In this document: one piece after another, positions 1 through 9,316 of the stretch
Layout: each line of letters opens with the position of its first letter
Position numbering within the stretch: the stretch's first letter is position 1
From: an uncultured Bacteroidaceae bacterium
GTDB lineage: Bacteria > Bacteroidota > Bacteroidia > Bacteroidales > GCA-2748055
NCBI GenBank assembly: GCA_964528675.1
Contig: CAZGTU010000001.1
Coordinates: forward strand, 12,679-76,678
Length of the DNA stretch: 64,000 nucleotides
Reading direction: 5' to 3'
Position numbers and translations under genes: made by a program
The notes under the pieces: model-generated
The model's database searches: none
Told to the model about the DNA's origin: nothing
Seen by the model: the letters and a program-made list of their open reading frames with translations, nothing else

Positions 1-74
1 GAAAAACATGTTTTCTGAGATTTAAGAAATTTATATGATTTTTTAATAAACAGAATTACAGACATTTAACTGTA

Positions 75-200
75 TGAATTTGTGTTCATTTGTGTTCTTT
101 ATTTGTGTCTATTTGTGGATAATTGACTTTTCGGAGTGGCCTCAACCCTTAAACGATTAAATCCATCAACCCTTAAACTATCAACCCTTAAACTCTTCAA
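75..200. repeat. Short-word stutter island: four ATTTGTGT-like words (78-118) and three TCAACCCTTAAAC words (142-154, 166-178, 181-193) on either side of a conserved core motif
   Basis: Direct reading. Strand composition flips from G/T-rich on the left to C/A-rich on the right around 117-139. The right arm overlaps the stop codon of the aldehyde dehydrogenase gene. Confidence 0.6.
117..139 (+). repeat. Dispersed core motif, copy a: GGATAATTGACTTTTCGGAGTGG
   Basis: Near-identical to 15099-15121. Related copies lie at 17508-17530 and, reverse-complemented, at 28889-28914. Confidence 0.6.
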
Positions 201-1557
201 CATAAACTGTCTTCACATTTACAAACTCTCTTATTCCTTCGGAAGACAATTCCCTGCCGTAGCCGGAGCGCTTGACTCCTCCAAAAGGAAGCCTGGGATC
301 GGATTTTACCATTGCATTGATAAACACTGCTCCTTCACTGGCATTGTCGATAAATAGTTGTGCGTTTTTTTCAGAGCCGGTAAATACATTTATACCGAGG
401 CCAAAAGTTGAATTATTAGCTAATTCAAGCGCCTCTTCGGGAGATTCTACAGGGGGTGAAACTGCGAAAACAGGTCCGAAAACCTCTTCATCAAAAGCAG
501 TCATGCCTGGTTTGACACCGGCAAGGATTGTGGGTTCGAAAAAAGCTTTTTCTCTTATACCCCCGGTAATTATTTCAGCTCCCTGTTGCTTGGATTCAAT
601 GACCTGTTCTTCCACTATTTCAGCCTGAGTAACGGATGATAAAGGACCGATGTCAATATCTTCATCTTTCGGATCACCTACCACATATTCTTCCACCCTC
701 TTTTTCAGTTCTTCCATAAATTCATCATAAACTGATTCTTCAACGATAAATCTCTTTGCAGCAATACAGCTCTGTCCTCCGTTTTGTAACCTTGCTGTAA
801 GAGCAACCTCAACTGCATTTTTAAGATTACTGTCGGCAAGAACTACGAAAGCATTGCTACCCCCTAATTCCAGTACGGATTTCTTGATTTGTTTACCGGC
901 AGTTTCTGCAACTGCAGCGCCGGCAGTTTCACTTCCGGTAAGGGTTACAGCTCTTACAACGGGACTTTCAATTATCTTATTCACCTTTGACGAGCCAATT
1001 GCCAGATTCTGGAATACTCCTTTTTCAAAACCGGCCTTCAGAAATAATTCTTCAATTTTCTCTGCACACCCCTGTACATTGGACGCATGTTTCAAAAGTG
1101 CTGTATTGCCGGCCATTACTGTTGGTGCTGCAAAACGAAAAACCTGCCAGAATGGAAAATTCCAGGGCATTACAGCCAGTATTGTTCCAATGGGCTCATA
1201 CTTAACATAGCTTTTTTCAGCATTAGTTTCAATCGTTCTCGTTGAAAGAAAATCTTCTGCATTTTCTGCATAATATTCACAAACCCATGCACATTTTTTG
1301 ACTTCGGCACGGGACTCGCTTATGACTTTACCCATTTCTTCCGTCATCAGGATTGCAAGCTCTTCAACATTGCTTTTTAATAATTCAGCAACTTTGAACA
1401 TTTTAGCTGACCTTTCTTCAAAACTGGTGGTTCGATAAATCTTATAAGTTTCACCTGCCTGCTCCAGTATCTTCGCAATAGTATCACTATCTATTTCCGG
1501 ATATTCAGCAATTTTTTCTCCCGAATAAGGATTTATTGATTTTAATTTTTTTGCCAT
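181..1557 (-). CDS. NAD(P)+-dependent aldehyde dehydrogenase (succinate-semialdehyde dehydrogenase-like)
   Basis: 458 aa ORF. ALDH catalytic motifs are present: LELGGSNAF (Glu) and GGQSCIAAKRF (Cys). N-terminus resembles GabD-type ALDHs. Confidence 0.85.
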   Translation of the reverse strand: MAKKLKSINPYSGEKIAEYPEIDSDTIAKILEQAGETYKIYRTTSFEERSAKMFKVAELLKSNVEELAILMTEEMGKVISESRAEVKKCAWVCEYYAENAEDFLSTRTIETNAEKSYVKYEPIGTILAVMPWNFPFWQVFRFAAPTVMAGNTALLKHASNVQGCAEKIEELFLKAGFEKGVFQNLAIGSSKVNKIIESPVVRAVTLTGSETAGAAVAETAGKQIKKSVLELGGSNAFVVLADSNLKNAVEVALTARLQNGGQSCIAAKRFIVEESVYDEFMEELKKRVEEYVVGDPKDEDIDIGPLSSVTQAEIVEEQVIESKQQGAEIITGGIREKAFFEPTILAGVKPGMTAFDEEVFGPVFAVSPPVESPEEALELANNSTFGLGINVFTGSEKNAQLFIDNASEGAVFINAMVKSDPRLPFGGVKRSGYGRELSSEGIREFVNVKTVYVEEFKG

Positions 1558-1715
1558 GATTTCTTCAGGTTTTAATAAGTTACTGCTATTAAAACTAACA
1601 GAGAAGAAAAGCTTTGGTTTTTTTTAGGAAAAGGAAGATGGGGAAGTCCAGCATTAACCTGATTTACAACTAATTAGTCATAATATTGCATTTATTCCAA
1701 TCCGTATAAATCCAT

Positions 1716-2156
1716 TCATGTTAGGTTCTCTATATCATTCATGTCTTTATGACGCCCGGTTGCTCTTTTATTTTTAAGAAGATCTTCCAGACCAATGAAA
1801 AAAATTGCTAGTTCATCAATCTCAACCAGGTGCCTGTTTTTGTAGCATTCATTAAATTCCAGACCATCAATATCAGTAATTAAATCAATACGATTAGGAG
1901 GATAACCCAGTTGAATGACTTTCTCAGGCATTAGAAGATCCTCAACTTTTAGTTTTAAAACCTCAAAGCCAAAATCTTTTAAAACTTTCAAAACATTTTG
2001 AGCATTTACTTCTGTTCTATCCAGCCAGATGTCAATATCATTTGTAAATCGAGGATATCCATGAATAGTAACTGCATATCCTCCAACAATTAAATATTTG
2101 ACTCTATGATCGTTCAATAATTTTATAAACTCTCTGAAATCGCTGTTGAGAACCAT
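1716..2156 (-). CDS. Nucleotidyltransferase-fold protein (DUF6036/AbiEii-like small NTase)
   Basis: 146 aa. Reads KYLIVGGYAV..HGYPRFTNDIDIW, a pattern typical of small minimal NTases found in toxin-antitoxin-like pairs. Confidence 0.5.
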   Translation of the reverse strand: MVLNSDFREFIKLLNDHRVKYLIVGGYAVTIHGYPRFTNDIDIWLDRTEVNAQNVLKVLKDFGFEVLKLKVEDLLMPEKVIQLGYPPNRIDLITDIDGLEFNECYKNRHLVEIDELAIFFIGLEDLLKNKRATGRHKDMNDIENLT

Positions 2157-2298
2157 ATTTCCAGATTATATATTGATTTCTCATTGTCTCCAGTGCTTCC
2201 AGTCTCTTTTGTTCCGGCTGGTTTTTCCAGAAATCAAGATCTGATGGCTGGTTTTTCAATGATACTTCTTTGAGAACCCTCTCTACTTTGTCTTTCAT
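2104..2298 (-). CDS. Small hypothetical protein, putative partner of the NTase
   Basis: 64 aa ORF directly upstream on the same strand. It overlaps the NTase start by 53 nt in another frame. No domain recognised. Confidence 0.35.
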   Translation of the reverse strand: MKDKVERVLKEVSLKNQPSDLDFWKNQPEQKRLEALETMRNQYIIWKYGSQQRFQRVYKIIERS

Positions 2299-2380
2299 TG
2301 AATCCCTGGTTAAAATGATGAATTATTCCAGCTAATTTAATGATTTATATTGAATCACAAAGAAATTCAGTATGAATCCT

Positions 2381-3412
2381 CTAAACTGAAATAACAACCG
2401 GTTTTCCCATTTCAGCAGATTTATACACAGCCTCCTGAACGACCAGGCTTTTTAAATAGTCATGTCCATTGGTTTCAAATTCATCTCCTGTATTCAGGCA
2501 ATCCATAAAGTGCCTCTGTGTTGTGTAAACACAATCTGCAGAGAAATCAATATCACTATATTCATAAGGATGTTCCATTTCCTTTTCACCAAGCTTTTGG
2601 ATTGTGATCCGGGCATCTTCATAAAAACGGACAGAGCCCTTAAAACCTTCCAGCAAACAATTTCCGAAGGTTAACCTTGGATTATCGACTGTAGGTTCAT
2701 TATATCGGTTCGCATCCCATATTGCTTCCACTCCGTTTTTAAACCTGAAGAATATTTTCGCGGAATCTTCTCCTTTTATTACTTTATTCAGCTTTCGTAA
2801 TGCGGCATAGACCTCCTTCACCTCGCCAAAGAGAAAACGGAATGTATCAATAAAGTGAATACCATTTTCATACACCAGAAACCTCGGGTAAGTTCTAAAA
2901 TAAGGTTGACGGGGAATATAAGCATTATCACCCCAGCCATCTCCCATCCTTGAACGGAAATACATGCTATGAATATCACCGATAACTCCCTCTTCCATCA
3001 GGCTTTTCATTTCCCTGTACCACGGCTGAAATCGCCAGTTTTCGTGAACCATAAAACGTACATTCTTGCGACCAACATACTCGACAATCTCCCTTGCTTC
3101 CTCAAGAGTTGGAGCTAAAGGTTTCTGGCAGATAATGTCTATTCCCCGGTCAGCCGCTGCTTTACACATTTCAAGATGAGTGTCGGGAGGGGTAATTATA
3201 TCAACTATATCAGGTTTTTCCTCATTCAACATTTCGATATAGTCACTATAGTGCCGTGGAATATTAAATTCTTCCATCAGGGGTTTTGCCTTTTCAATAA
3301 CTCTGTTGCACATAGCTGTTACTTCAACTTCAGGTATCCTTTCTGTCCACGCCCTGTATTGAAAACCGGCAAAATATCCTGATCCAATGCCTACGAGTTT
3401 ATGTTTTTTCAT
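2381..3412 (-). CDS. Gfo/Idh/MocA family oxidoreductase
   Basis: 343 aa. N-terminal Rossmann fold (LVGIGSGYFA) and an ICQKPLA motif typical of the family. Confidence 0.85.
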   Translation of the reverse strand: MKKHKLVGIGSGYFAGFQYRAWTERIPEVEVTAMCNRVIEKAKPLMEEFNIPRHYSDYIEMLNEEKPDIVDIITPPDTHLEMCKAAADRGIDIICQKPLAPTLEEAREIVEYVGRKNVRFMVHENWRFQPWYREMKSLMEEGVIGDIHSMYFRSRMGDGWGDNAYIPRQPYFRTYPRFLVYENGIHFIDTFRFLFGEVKEVYAALRKLNKVIKGEDSAKIFFRFKNGVEAIWDANRYNEPTVDNPRLTFGNCLLEGFKGSVRFYEDARITIQKLGEKEMEHPYEYSDIDFSADCVYTTQRHFMDCLNTGDEFETNGHDYLKSLVVQEAVYKSAEMGKPVVISV

Positions 3413-3423
3413 TTTCTGGAATT

Positions 3424-4704
3424 TTATTCAATTAATGCTTTTTCAGGATTCATGTATACCCAACTGAGGATCGATATTAATGCCAGTGAGGCAGCTACTA
3501 TAAAAAATGTACTTTCCGAACCTGTCCAGGACAAAAGATATGGAAAAGCCAATGCAGTTATAAAAGAACCGATATTACCGGCCATATTCATGGTTCCGGA
3601 CACAGTTCCTGAATTCTTTTTGCCAATATCAATGCAAAACGACCAGGATGGACTGAGAGTCATGTCAGCCCCGAAAACAGCGATGGATAGCATGATAACC
3701 GCACCGTTGACACTGTCCATTCCCATACTTCCAAGCATTCCTGCCATTACAAGGCTAAAACCTATAATTGCCGGCAATTTCCGGCTTAGTTTCCATTTGT
3801 TTTTGCGGTAGATCATATCTACAAGAACACCGGAGAACCAGTTTCCCGCCGCTCCGAATAAAAGCGGCAGGGAGGCATAAAAACCTGCTTCCATCAATTC
3901 AAGATTATAAGTCTCTTTCAGATGTGGAAACAGCCATGTAAGGGTAAAGAAGAAAGTAAAATTACTTCCGAAATACTGAAGCATGGCAAGCCAGACATTT
4001 TTGCTGGAAAAAAGTATCTTAGCACTTAACTTTGAAATGGTTGGCTCTTCGGTTTTTTCCTGTCTGTTTTCAAGAATGAATTGTTTTTCCTCTACGGAGA
4101 GTGCAGGATGATTTTCCGGTTTGTCCTTGAAAAGAAAATACCACAGAAGTGCGAAAAGGATACCGGCAACCCCGAGGATATAAAAGCTCGCTCTCCAGCC
4201 TACCTGGCTAATCATCCATGCAACAAGAGGCATAGCAAAGGCAGCCCCTATTCTTGAACCGGAAAAGTTAATTCCCTGTACTATTCCTCTTTCTCTTAAT
4301 GGGATCCATGAATACACTGCCCTGGAAATACCTGGAAAAGCTCCGGCCTCTCCTGCTCCGAAAAAGAAACGGACGATCAGCATACTTATGTAAGTCTTGA
4401 CTGCCCCTGTAAGGGCAGTAAACAGGGACCAAATGCTAATAATAATTGTTAATACTCTCCTCGGGCCATATTTATCAGAAAAATAACCTGCCGGAACCTG
4501 GAAGAGGGCATAACCCAGTGCGAAGGCAGATAACACCCATCCCATCTGGTTGTCGGTAAGTCCCAGATCACCGGATACCTCATCCTTGGCAGCCGATATG
4601 CAGGCCCTGTCAATATAAAGAAAAAGGGTTAATATGAAAGATCCGGCTACAAATAGAAATCGTCTTGGAATGTAAAATTTACTTTTCATGCTTTTGCATT
4701 TCAA
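3424..4704 (-). CDS. MFS transporter (anion:cation symporter / sugar-acid transporter-like)
   Basis: 426 aa with about 12 hydrophobic segments. GYFSDKYGPRRVL loop motif between TM2 and TM3. Confidence 0.8.
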   Translation of the reverse strand: MKCKSMKSKFYIPRRFLFVAGSFILTLFLYIDRACISAAKDEVSGDLGLTDNQMGWVLSAFALGYALFQVPAGYFSDKYGPRRVLTIIISIWSLFTALTGAVKTYISMLIVRFFFGAGEAGAFPGISRAVYSWIPLRERGIVQGINFSGSRIGAAFAMPLVAWMISQVGWRASFYILGVAGILFALLWYFLFKDKPENHPALSVEEKQFILENRQEKTEEPTISKLSAKILFSSKNVWLAMLQYFGSNFTFFFTLTWLFPHLKETYNLELMEAGFYASLPLLFGAAGNWFSGVLVDMIYRKNKWKLSRKLPAIIGFSLVMAGMLGSMGMDSVNGAVIMLSIAVFGADMTLSPSWSFCIDIGKKNSGTVSGTMNMAGNIGSFITALAFPYLLSWTGSESTFFIVAASLALISILSWVYMNPEKALIE

Positions 4705-4732
4705 AAAATATTAAAATATCTACTGCTGCCTG

Positions 4733-6565
4733 CTATATTTTTCGCAATAGGCACACCCAATCCCCTTCACTCTCACTTCCCGGATACCCGGGATCAACAA
4801 TTTTTCCACCCCTTACTTCCGCGATATTACCTTCAATTAATTCTCCTCCTGTGCGAGGATTAAACCATCCTACAGAAAATTCCCCCGATACCTTTCTGAG
4901 GTCAATTCCTGTTTCAGAAAGATCAGGATAATAAACAGCATAAACTTCATTTTCTTTGGCAAAACAATAGGCTTCCTGATTTACAAGGTCATCCATGCTT
5001 GTCATTTCGTGGAATGGCAAATATTTATGAAAGAAATCAAGTGCAATTGCAGTCTGTTCCCATAAATTATCCCTCGAGCGCCAGTCTTCACAGCTAAGAT
5101 CACCATGGGGAAATTTGTAGCCAAAATACCACTCCACTCCTCCTCCACCGGCCATCAGGTTCCCCCACAATACATTATGACGTATGGTATCATGATCCGG
5201 ATCAACCTCATCGGGCAGGGCACCTTTCCAGTGAGGTCCGATTTCATCAATACAAACCACCCACTGGTGAGCAGAATCTGAAGACAGATCAAGCCATTTC
5301 AATGTCTGACGATGCGCATCAAGGGGATTGTAAATCTGTATAGAAGGTCCATTAAAATTTTCGAATCCAAGATATTGCGGGAGGTATTTTTCCTTTTGAC
5401 GCGGACTGGCATGGGTATGCATAACAATAAAATGGTCGTAAGGATCAATTTCTCTCAGGTAATCAGCCATTCGTTTGGTATCTTTGACCGTCTGTCCATA
5501 CGGAGACCAGTTGGTGGCATGATGTTCTTCACCAAGGTTCCATGTTATGGCCAGGTGATGTGAAAATCTTGCTACCAGCTCCCGGAGATAAAGTTTTCTT
5601 TGCACATCAAGATAGCCGGCGTCAAGTAAACATTCATTTTCTGTTTCCTGGAGGACAACATGGAGCATGATACCGAGAGAATCCATATGGGAAAAGACAA
5701 TTTCCCACTGATCAAGCTTTGAGCAATCAAAACGGTATCGTTCGTTTCTCTGGGTGTAGGGCCACACATCTTCCCCATCGCCGAGAATATTCATCGTAAG
5801 AAAATAAACGGAATTCATATTTTTGCCGGCAAGATAATTCAATGCCCCTATGATGCCTTTGCCTTTACCATCCTGCCATGTGGGATCAGTCTCTTTCCAG
5901 TCCTTCACATGTGGTTCATATGCATGGAGTCCGAGATTCGGACTATCTTCGCCCGATCTTTGCTTGTTGTATCCTCCGTAATAAGTACTGTCAAATTCAT
6001 TATAGGCGAGAAAATTTTCAGGACTGTCAGCTCCGCCCTTCAGGAAGTATTCACCTGTACCAGCATGTTTTAAGTAGCGTTCACCGGTATAAAACAGTCG
6101 CCCTTTAGCTCTGAAATCTTTTCCTTCCTTATCGCTTTCTTCAACCTCGAGTTCTCCTGTAAAACCATTTACCGGCAAGGATTCACCGTAATTCTTTTTT
6201 TCCGAAACTGCTATATTCTTCCCCTTCTTAAAGTCTATCTCATACTTCCATACACCAGGTTCATCGGGAGAAAAATGAGCTCTCCATACAGATCCCCCAT
6301 TAGCGCTGCTTTCTGCTGCGTTCTCGTCAGCAGCAAAGTATCCCGGAACAGTAAATTCTTTGTTACCCTTTGAAAAGGTAACATCGAGCTTATAGTCAAG
6401 GAAAGGATTGGGAACTGCCTGTTCATATGTCTCCGGGCCATCAATCTCAATTGTTATTTTGTGCCAGGTTTTCATTTCACCGCTTACAGTGACTTTTTGA
6501 TTTTCACTACAGGAATTAAAAAGGAAAATCACAGCTAAAAAAGATAAGAGCTTAAAAAAATTCAT
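4733..6565 (-). CDS. Secreted DUF5060-domain protein with cellulase-like (DUF4038/GH-A-like) core and collagenase-type C-terminal binding domain
   Basis: 610 aa. Lipoprotein-like signal (LFNSCSE). N-terminal block WHKITIEIDGP...FTVPGYFAAD. The C-terminal GWFNPRTGE..DWVCLL block parallels the GH140 protein at 33800-35287. Confidence 0.65.
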   Translation of the reverse strand: MNFFKLLSFLAVIFLFNSCSENQKVTVSGEMKTWHKITIEIDGPETYEQAVPNPFLDYKLDVTFSKGNKEFTVPGYFAADENAAESSANGGSVWRAHFSPDEPGVWKYEIDFKKGKNIAVSEKKNYGESLPVNGFTGELEVEESDKEGKDFRAKGRLFYTGERYLKHAGTGEYFLKGGADSPENFLAYNEFDSTYYGGYNKQRSGEDSPNLGLHAYEPHVKDWKETDPTWQDGKGKGIIGALNYLAGKNMNSVYFLTMNILGDGEDVWPYTQRNERYRFDCSKLDQWEIVFSHMDSLGIMLHVVLQETENECLLDAGYLDVQRKLYLRELVARFSHHLAITWNLGEEHHATNWSPYGQTVKDTKRMADYLREIDPYDHFIVMHTHASPRQKEKYLPQYLGFENFNGPSIQIYNPLDAHRQTLKWLDLSSDSAHQWVVCIDEIGPHWKGALPDEVDPDHDTIRHNVLWGNLMAGGGGVEWYFGYKFPHGDLSCEDWRSRDNLWEQTAIALDFFHKYLPFHEMTSMDDLVNQEAYCFAKENEVYAVYYPDLSETGIDLRKVSGEFSVGWFNPRTGGELIEGNIAEVRGGKIVDPGYPGSESEGDWVCLLRKI

Positions 6566-6576
6566 AGTAGTAGTTT

Positions 6577-7221
6577 TTATGTTTTTTCAATGATTATTGC
6601 TCTGACAGGTGCTCCATCCCCTCCTTCTATTTTTAGGGGGAGGGCAATTAACTTTACGAAATCGGTTTTTACACTTTCCAGATTGGTCAATCCTTCCAGG
6701 ATAAGGATATCCGCTTCAAGCAGTATTCTGTGAATTTCCCTGAGTTCTTGGGTTTTATTCACATCAGCAACAGAGGGTGGTTCTACCCCCACCAAATTCA
6801 CCTGTTTCATTGCCAGCCATTCAGCAAGTTCTTTTGAAATCCTGGGTAGCTTATTTCGATACATTTCCGGATCATCATGGTAACGGCTCCAGCCTGTATT
6901 GAATATCACAGCCTGTCCTTTTTTGATAATTCCGGAAACATCTCCAAGACAATCCGGAGTCAATAATCCGCCCGGTTCAATATCCGGAATTCTTACAATG
7001 TGACAATCACACAAAAACCTTTCAGCCGGAATCTGGTCTATCGTTTTTGAATTAATATCAAAATGCACCGGAGCATCCATATGCGTTCCGGCATGAGAAT
7101 AGATTTTAAGTTCTGTAGCATTCCAGCCGTCTTTTTCCATTGTTTTTGCCACAGTTTTACTAAAACCCCTCATGGGTTCCTTAAGTGGCAGTGTAATATC
7201 AATGGTCCTGGAATTTTTCAT
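6577..7221 (-). CDS. Cyclase family protein (kynurenine formamidase-like metal hydrolase)
   Basis: 214 aa with the signature HAGTHMDAPVHF (HxGTHxDxPxH). Confidence 0.8.
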   Translation of the reverse strand: MKNSRTIDITLPLKEPMRGFSKTVAKTMEKDGWNATELKIYSHAGTHMDAPVHFDINSKTIDQIPAERFLCDCHIVRIPDIEPGGLLTPDCLGDVSGIIKKGQAVIFNTGWSRYHDDPEMYRNKLPRISKELAEWLAMKQVNLVGVEPPSVADVNKTQELREIHRILLEADILILEGLTNLESVKTDFVKLIALPLKIEGGDGAPVRAIIIEKT

Positions 7222-7224
7222 TTT

Positions 7225-8274
7225 TTAGAGTTTCTCACTGACCAAATCAGCAAGTTCCATGGTTTTTTTAGTTCCGCCAATATCAACGGGTAAGTTTCCG
7301 GCTTCAAGCACGCTGTCTGTTGCATTAATAATTGCTTCTGAAGCCCTTATCTCTCCGAGATGTTCAAGCATAAGTGAAACGGACCAGAACATACCCACCG
7401 GATTTGCAATATTCTGTCCGGCTATATCTGGAGCAGATCCGTGGATAGGCTCAAACATGGAAGGGTATTCTTTTTCCGGATTCAGATTTCCGCTCCCCCC
7501 GAGACCAAGGCTGCCCATAAGAGCTCCTCCGAGGTCACTGAGAATATCGCCAAAAAGATTGGTGGTTAGTACAACATCGAAGATCCACGGACGCAGAACA
7601 AAATTTGCTGATGTTGCATCAATATACATAAAGCGGTGTTCAACATCAGGATATTGCTCTGATACTTCACCAATTACACGGTCCCAGTAAGTTAAGCTGT
7701 TTATAAGTGTATTGGACTTTGTAACGGTGGTGACTTTTTTGTTCCGTTTCCTGGCCAGTTGAAAAGCATAATGAGCAATTCTTTCGGTTCCGAAACGGGT
7801 AAAAATACTTGTATCCACTCCCATTCCCTGAGGAGTATCGGGACTTATCTGGTTCCCTACCTGTACAAATTCACCCTCGTTATTTTCCCTGACAACCACA
7901 AAATCGAAGGGGGTCTCATCCCTTAATGGTCGCTTTACTCCCTTCCAGTTCCTTACCGGTCGAAAATTAACATATTGCTGAAAGTTTGTTCTTACTTTAA
8001 AGGTATAATCCTTAGCGGGTAAAGTATCGTCAACATCGGGCAGCCCTACAGCACCAAATAGGATGGCATCATAATTTTTCAACTTCTTAAGCCCGTCATC
8101 CGGCATGAATACTCCATTTTTTTTATAATAGCCTGCACCATAAGCATATTCATCAAATGAAACCTTAAAACCGAATGAGGATGCAGCCTTTTCAAGTACT
8201 TTCACACCTGCCGGAGTTATTTCATGACCGATTCCATCACCTGGAACCAGGGCAATTTTGTAAGAGTTAGTCAT
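7225..8274 (-). CDS. Isocitrate/isopropylmalate dehydrogenase family enzyme (tartrate / D-malate dehydrogenase-like)
   Basis: 349 aa. Contains KIALVPGDGIGHE, the NLFGDILSDL motif and GSAPDIAGQNIANP. Confidence 0.85.
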   Translation of the reverse strand: MTNSYKIALVPGDGIGHEITPAGVKVLEKAASSFGFKVSFDEYAYGAGYYKKNGVFMPDDGLKKLKNYDAILFGAVGLPDVDDTLPAKDYTFKVRTNFQQYVNFRPVRNWKGVKRPLRDETPFDFVVVRENNEGEFVQVGNQISPDTPQGMGVDTSIFTRFGTERIAHYAFQLARKRNKKVTTVTKSNTLINSLTYWDRVIGEVSEQYPDVEHRFMYIDATSANFVLRPWIFDVVLTTNLFGDILSDLGGALMGSLGLGGSGNLNPEKEYPSMFEPIHGSAPDIAGQNIANPVGMFWSVSLMLEHLGEIRASEAIINATDSVLEAGNLPVDIGGTKKTMELADLVSEKL

Positions 8275-8935
8275 TTTTAAGTATTTTTTCCTGTTGTTTT
8301 ATTTGATTTTCAATGAGATTTCTGGCTTTTCTGGAATGTATTCTTATCAGTTCCTCGGCTTTATCAGAAGATCTGTCTCTGAAAGCCCGGAGGATGAGTC
8401 GATGATCCTGCATCGATTCTTTCAGAGGTAGTATGATCCCTTTGGGATATGTCCTGATCAGAATGCTTCCCATATTATTCAACTTCTGCAATACACCGTT
8501 TCCACTGTATTTTATGATTGATTCATGAAATGTATGATCTGCAGTCTGGTATTTGTTTTCATCAATATTATCAAGGTCTTTAAAAGGAAGGAAAAGATCC
8601 TCCAGAAAGCTTAGTTGTTCATCTGTCATGGATTGAGCGGCTCTCCTGGCTGCTATCCCTTCGAGTCCCTCCCTGCATTCAAAAGCTTCCATTATGGCCA
8701 CCAGGTCAGTTTTTTTTACGTAAATTCCACGCCTGGGAACGCTTTCAACAAGAAATTCATCCTCCAGCATCTGGAATGCTTTATGCAATGGCATACGGCT
8801 AACCCCAAGCATTGAAGCAATTTTTTCCTGGGGTATTTTTTCACCCGGCGCAAGTTCTCCTGAAAGGATCATCTCCCTGATTTTAGCATAAACCTGGTAA
8901 CTAAGGTCTGTATATTGAATGGGTTGTATGTCCAT
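8267..8935 (-). CDS. GntR family transcriptional regulator (FadR/FCD subfamily)
   Basis: 222 aa. N-terminal winged HTH (GEKIPQEKIASMLGVSRMPLHKAFQMLE) followed by a helical FCD-like C-terminal domain. First gene of the minus-strand operon. Confidence 0.85.
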   Translation of the reverse strand: MDIQPIQYTDLSYQVYAKIREMILSGELAPGEKIPQEKIASMLGVSRMPLHKAFQMLEDEFLVESVPRRGIYVKKTDLVAIMEAFECREGLEGIAARRAAQSMTDEQLSFLEDLFLPFKDLDNIDENKYQTADHTFHESIIKYSGNGVLQKLNNMGSILIRTYPKGIILPLKESMQDHRLILRAFRDRSSDKAEELIRIHSRKARNLIENQIKQQEKILKND

Positions 8936-9316
8936 TTCCGAATATTTCAGTTTATACGGTTGTATTTTTATGAAACTTTTTCAAATATAATACTTTTTGT
9001 ATACAAAATACAGAATACAGATTTAAATTTTTACATTTCTAAGAATCTAAGTTTTTTTTAATAAGATGATTTTTCAGACAACCCTTTTTTAAGGTGAAAA
9101 CATTTTTCGAAGTGTGCTACATCTTTATATCCCTGAGAAATCTTAACGAAAACCTCTTCAGAAAGAAAAGAGGAAACATACATTTGAATATTTTTTTACA
9201 AAAAAACGCTGAGATTTTTTGTTTTTTTCTATTAATAAGTAGAAAGTAAAAATTAAGAATCTTATTTTAGGCTTTATATTCGGGAGAATAAAAATTCGGA
9301 TTGGCTTATTAACACT

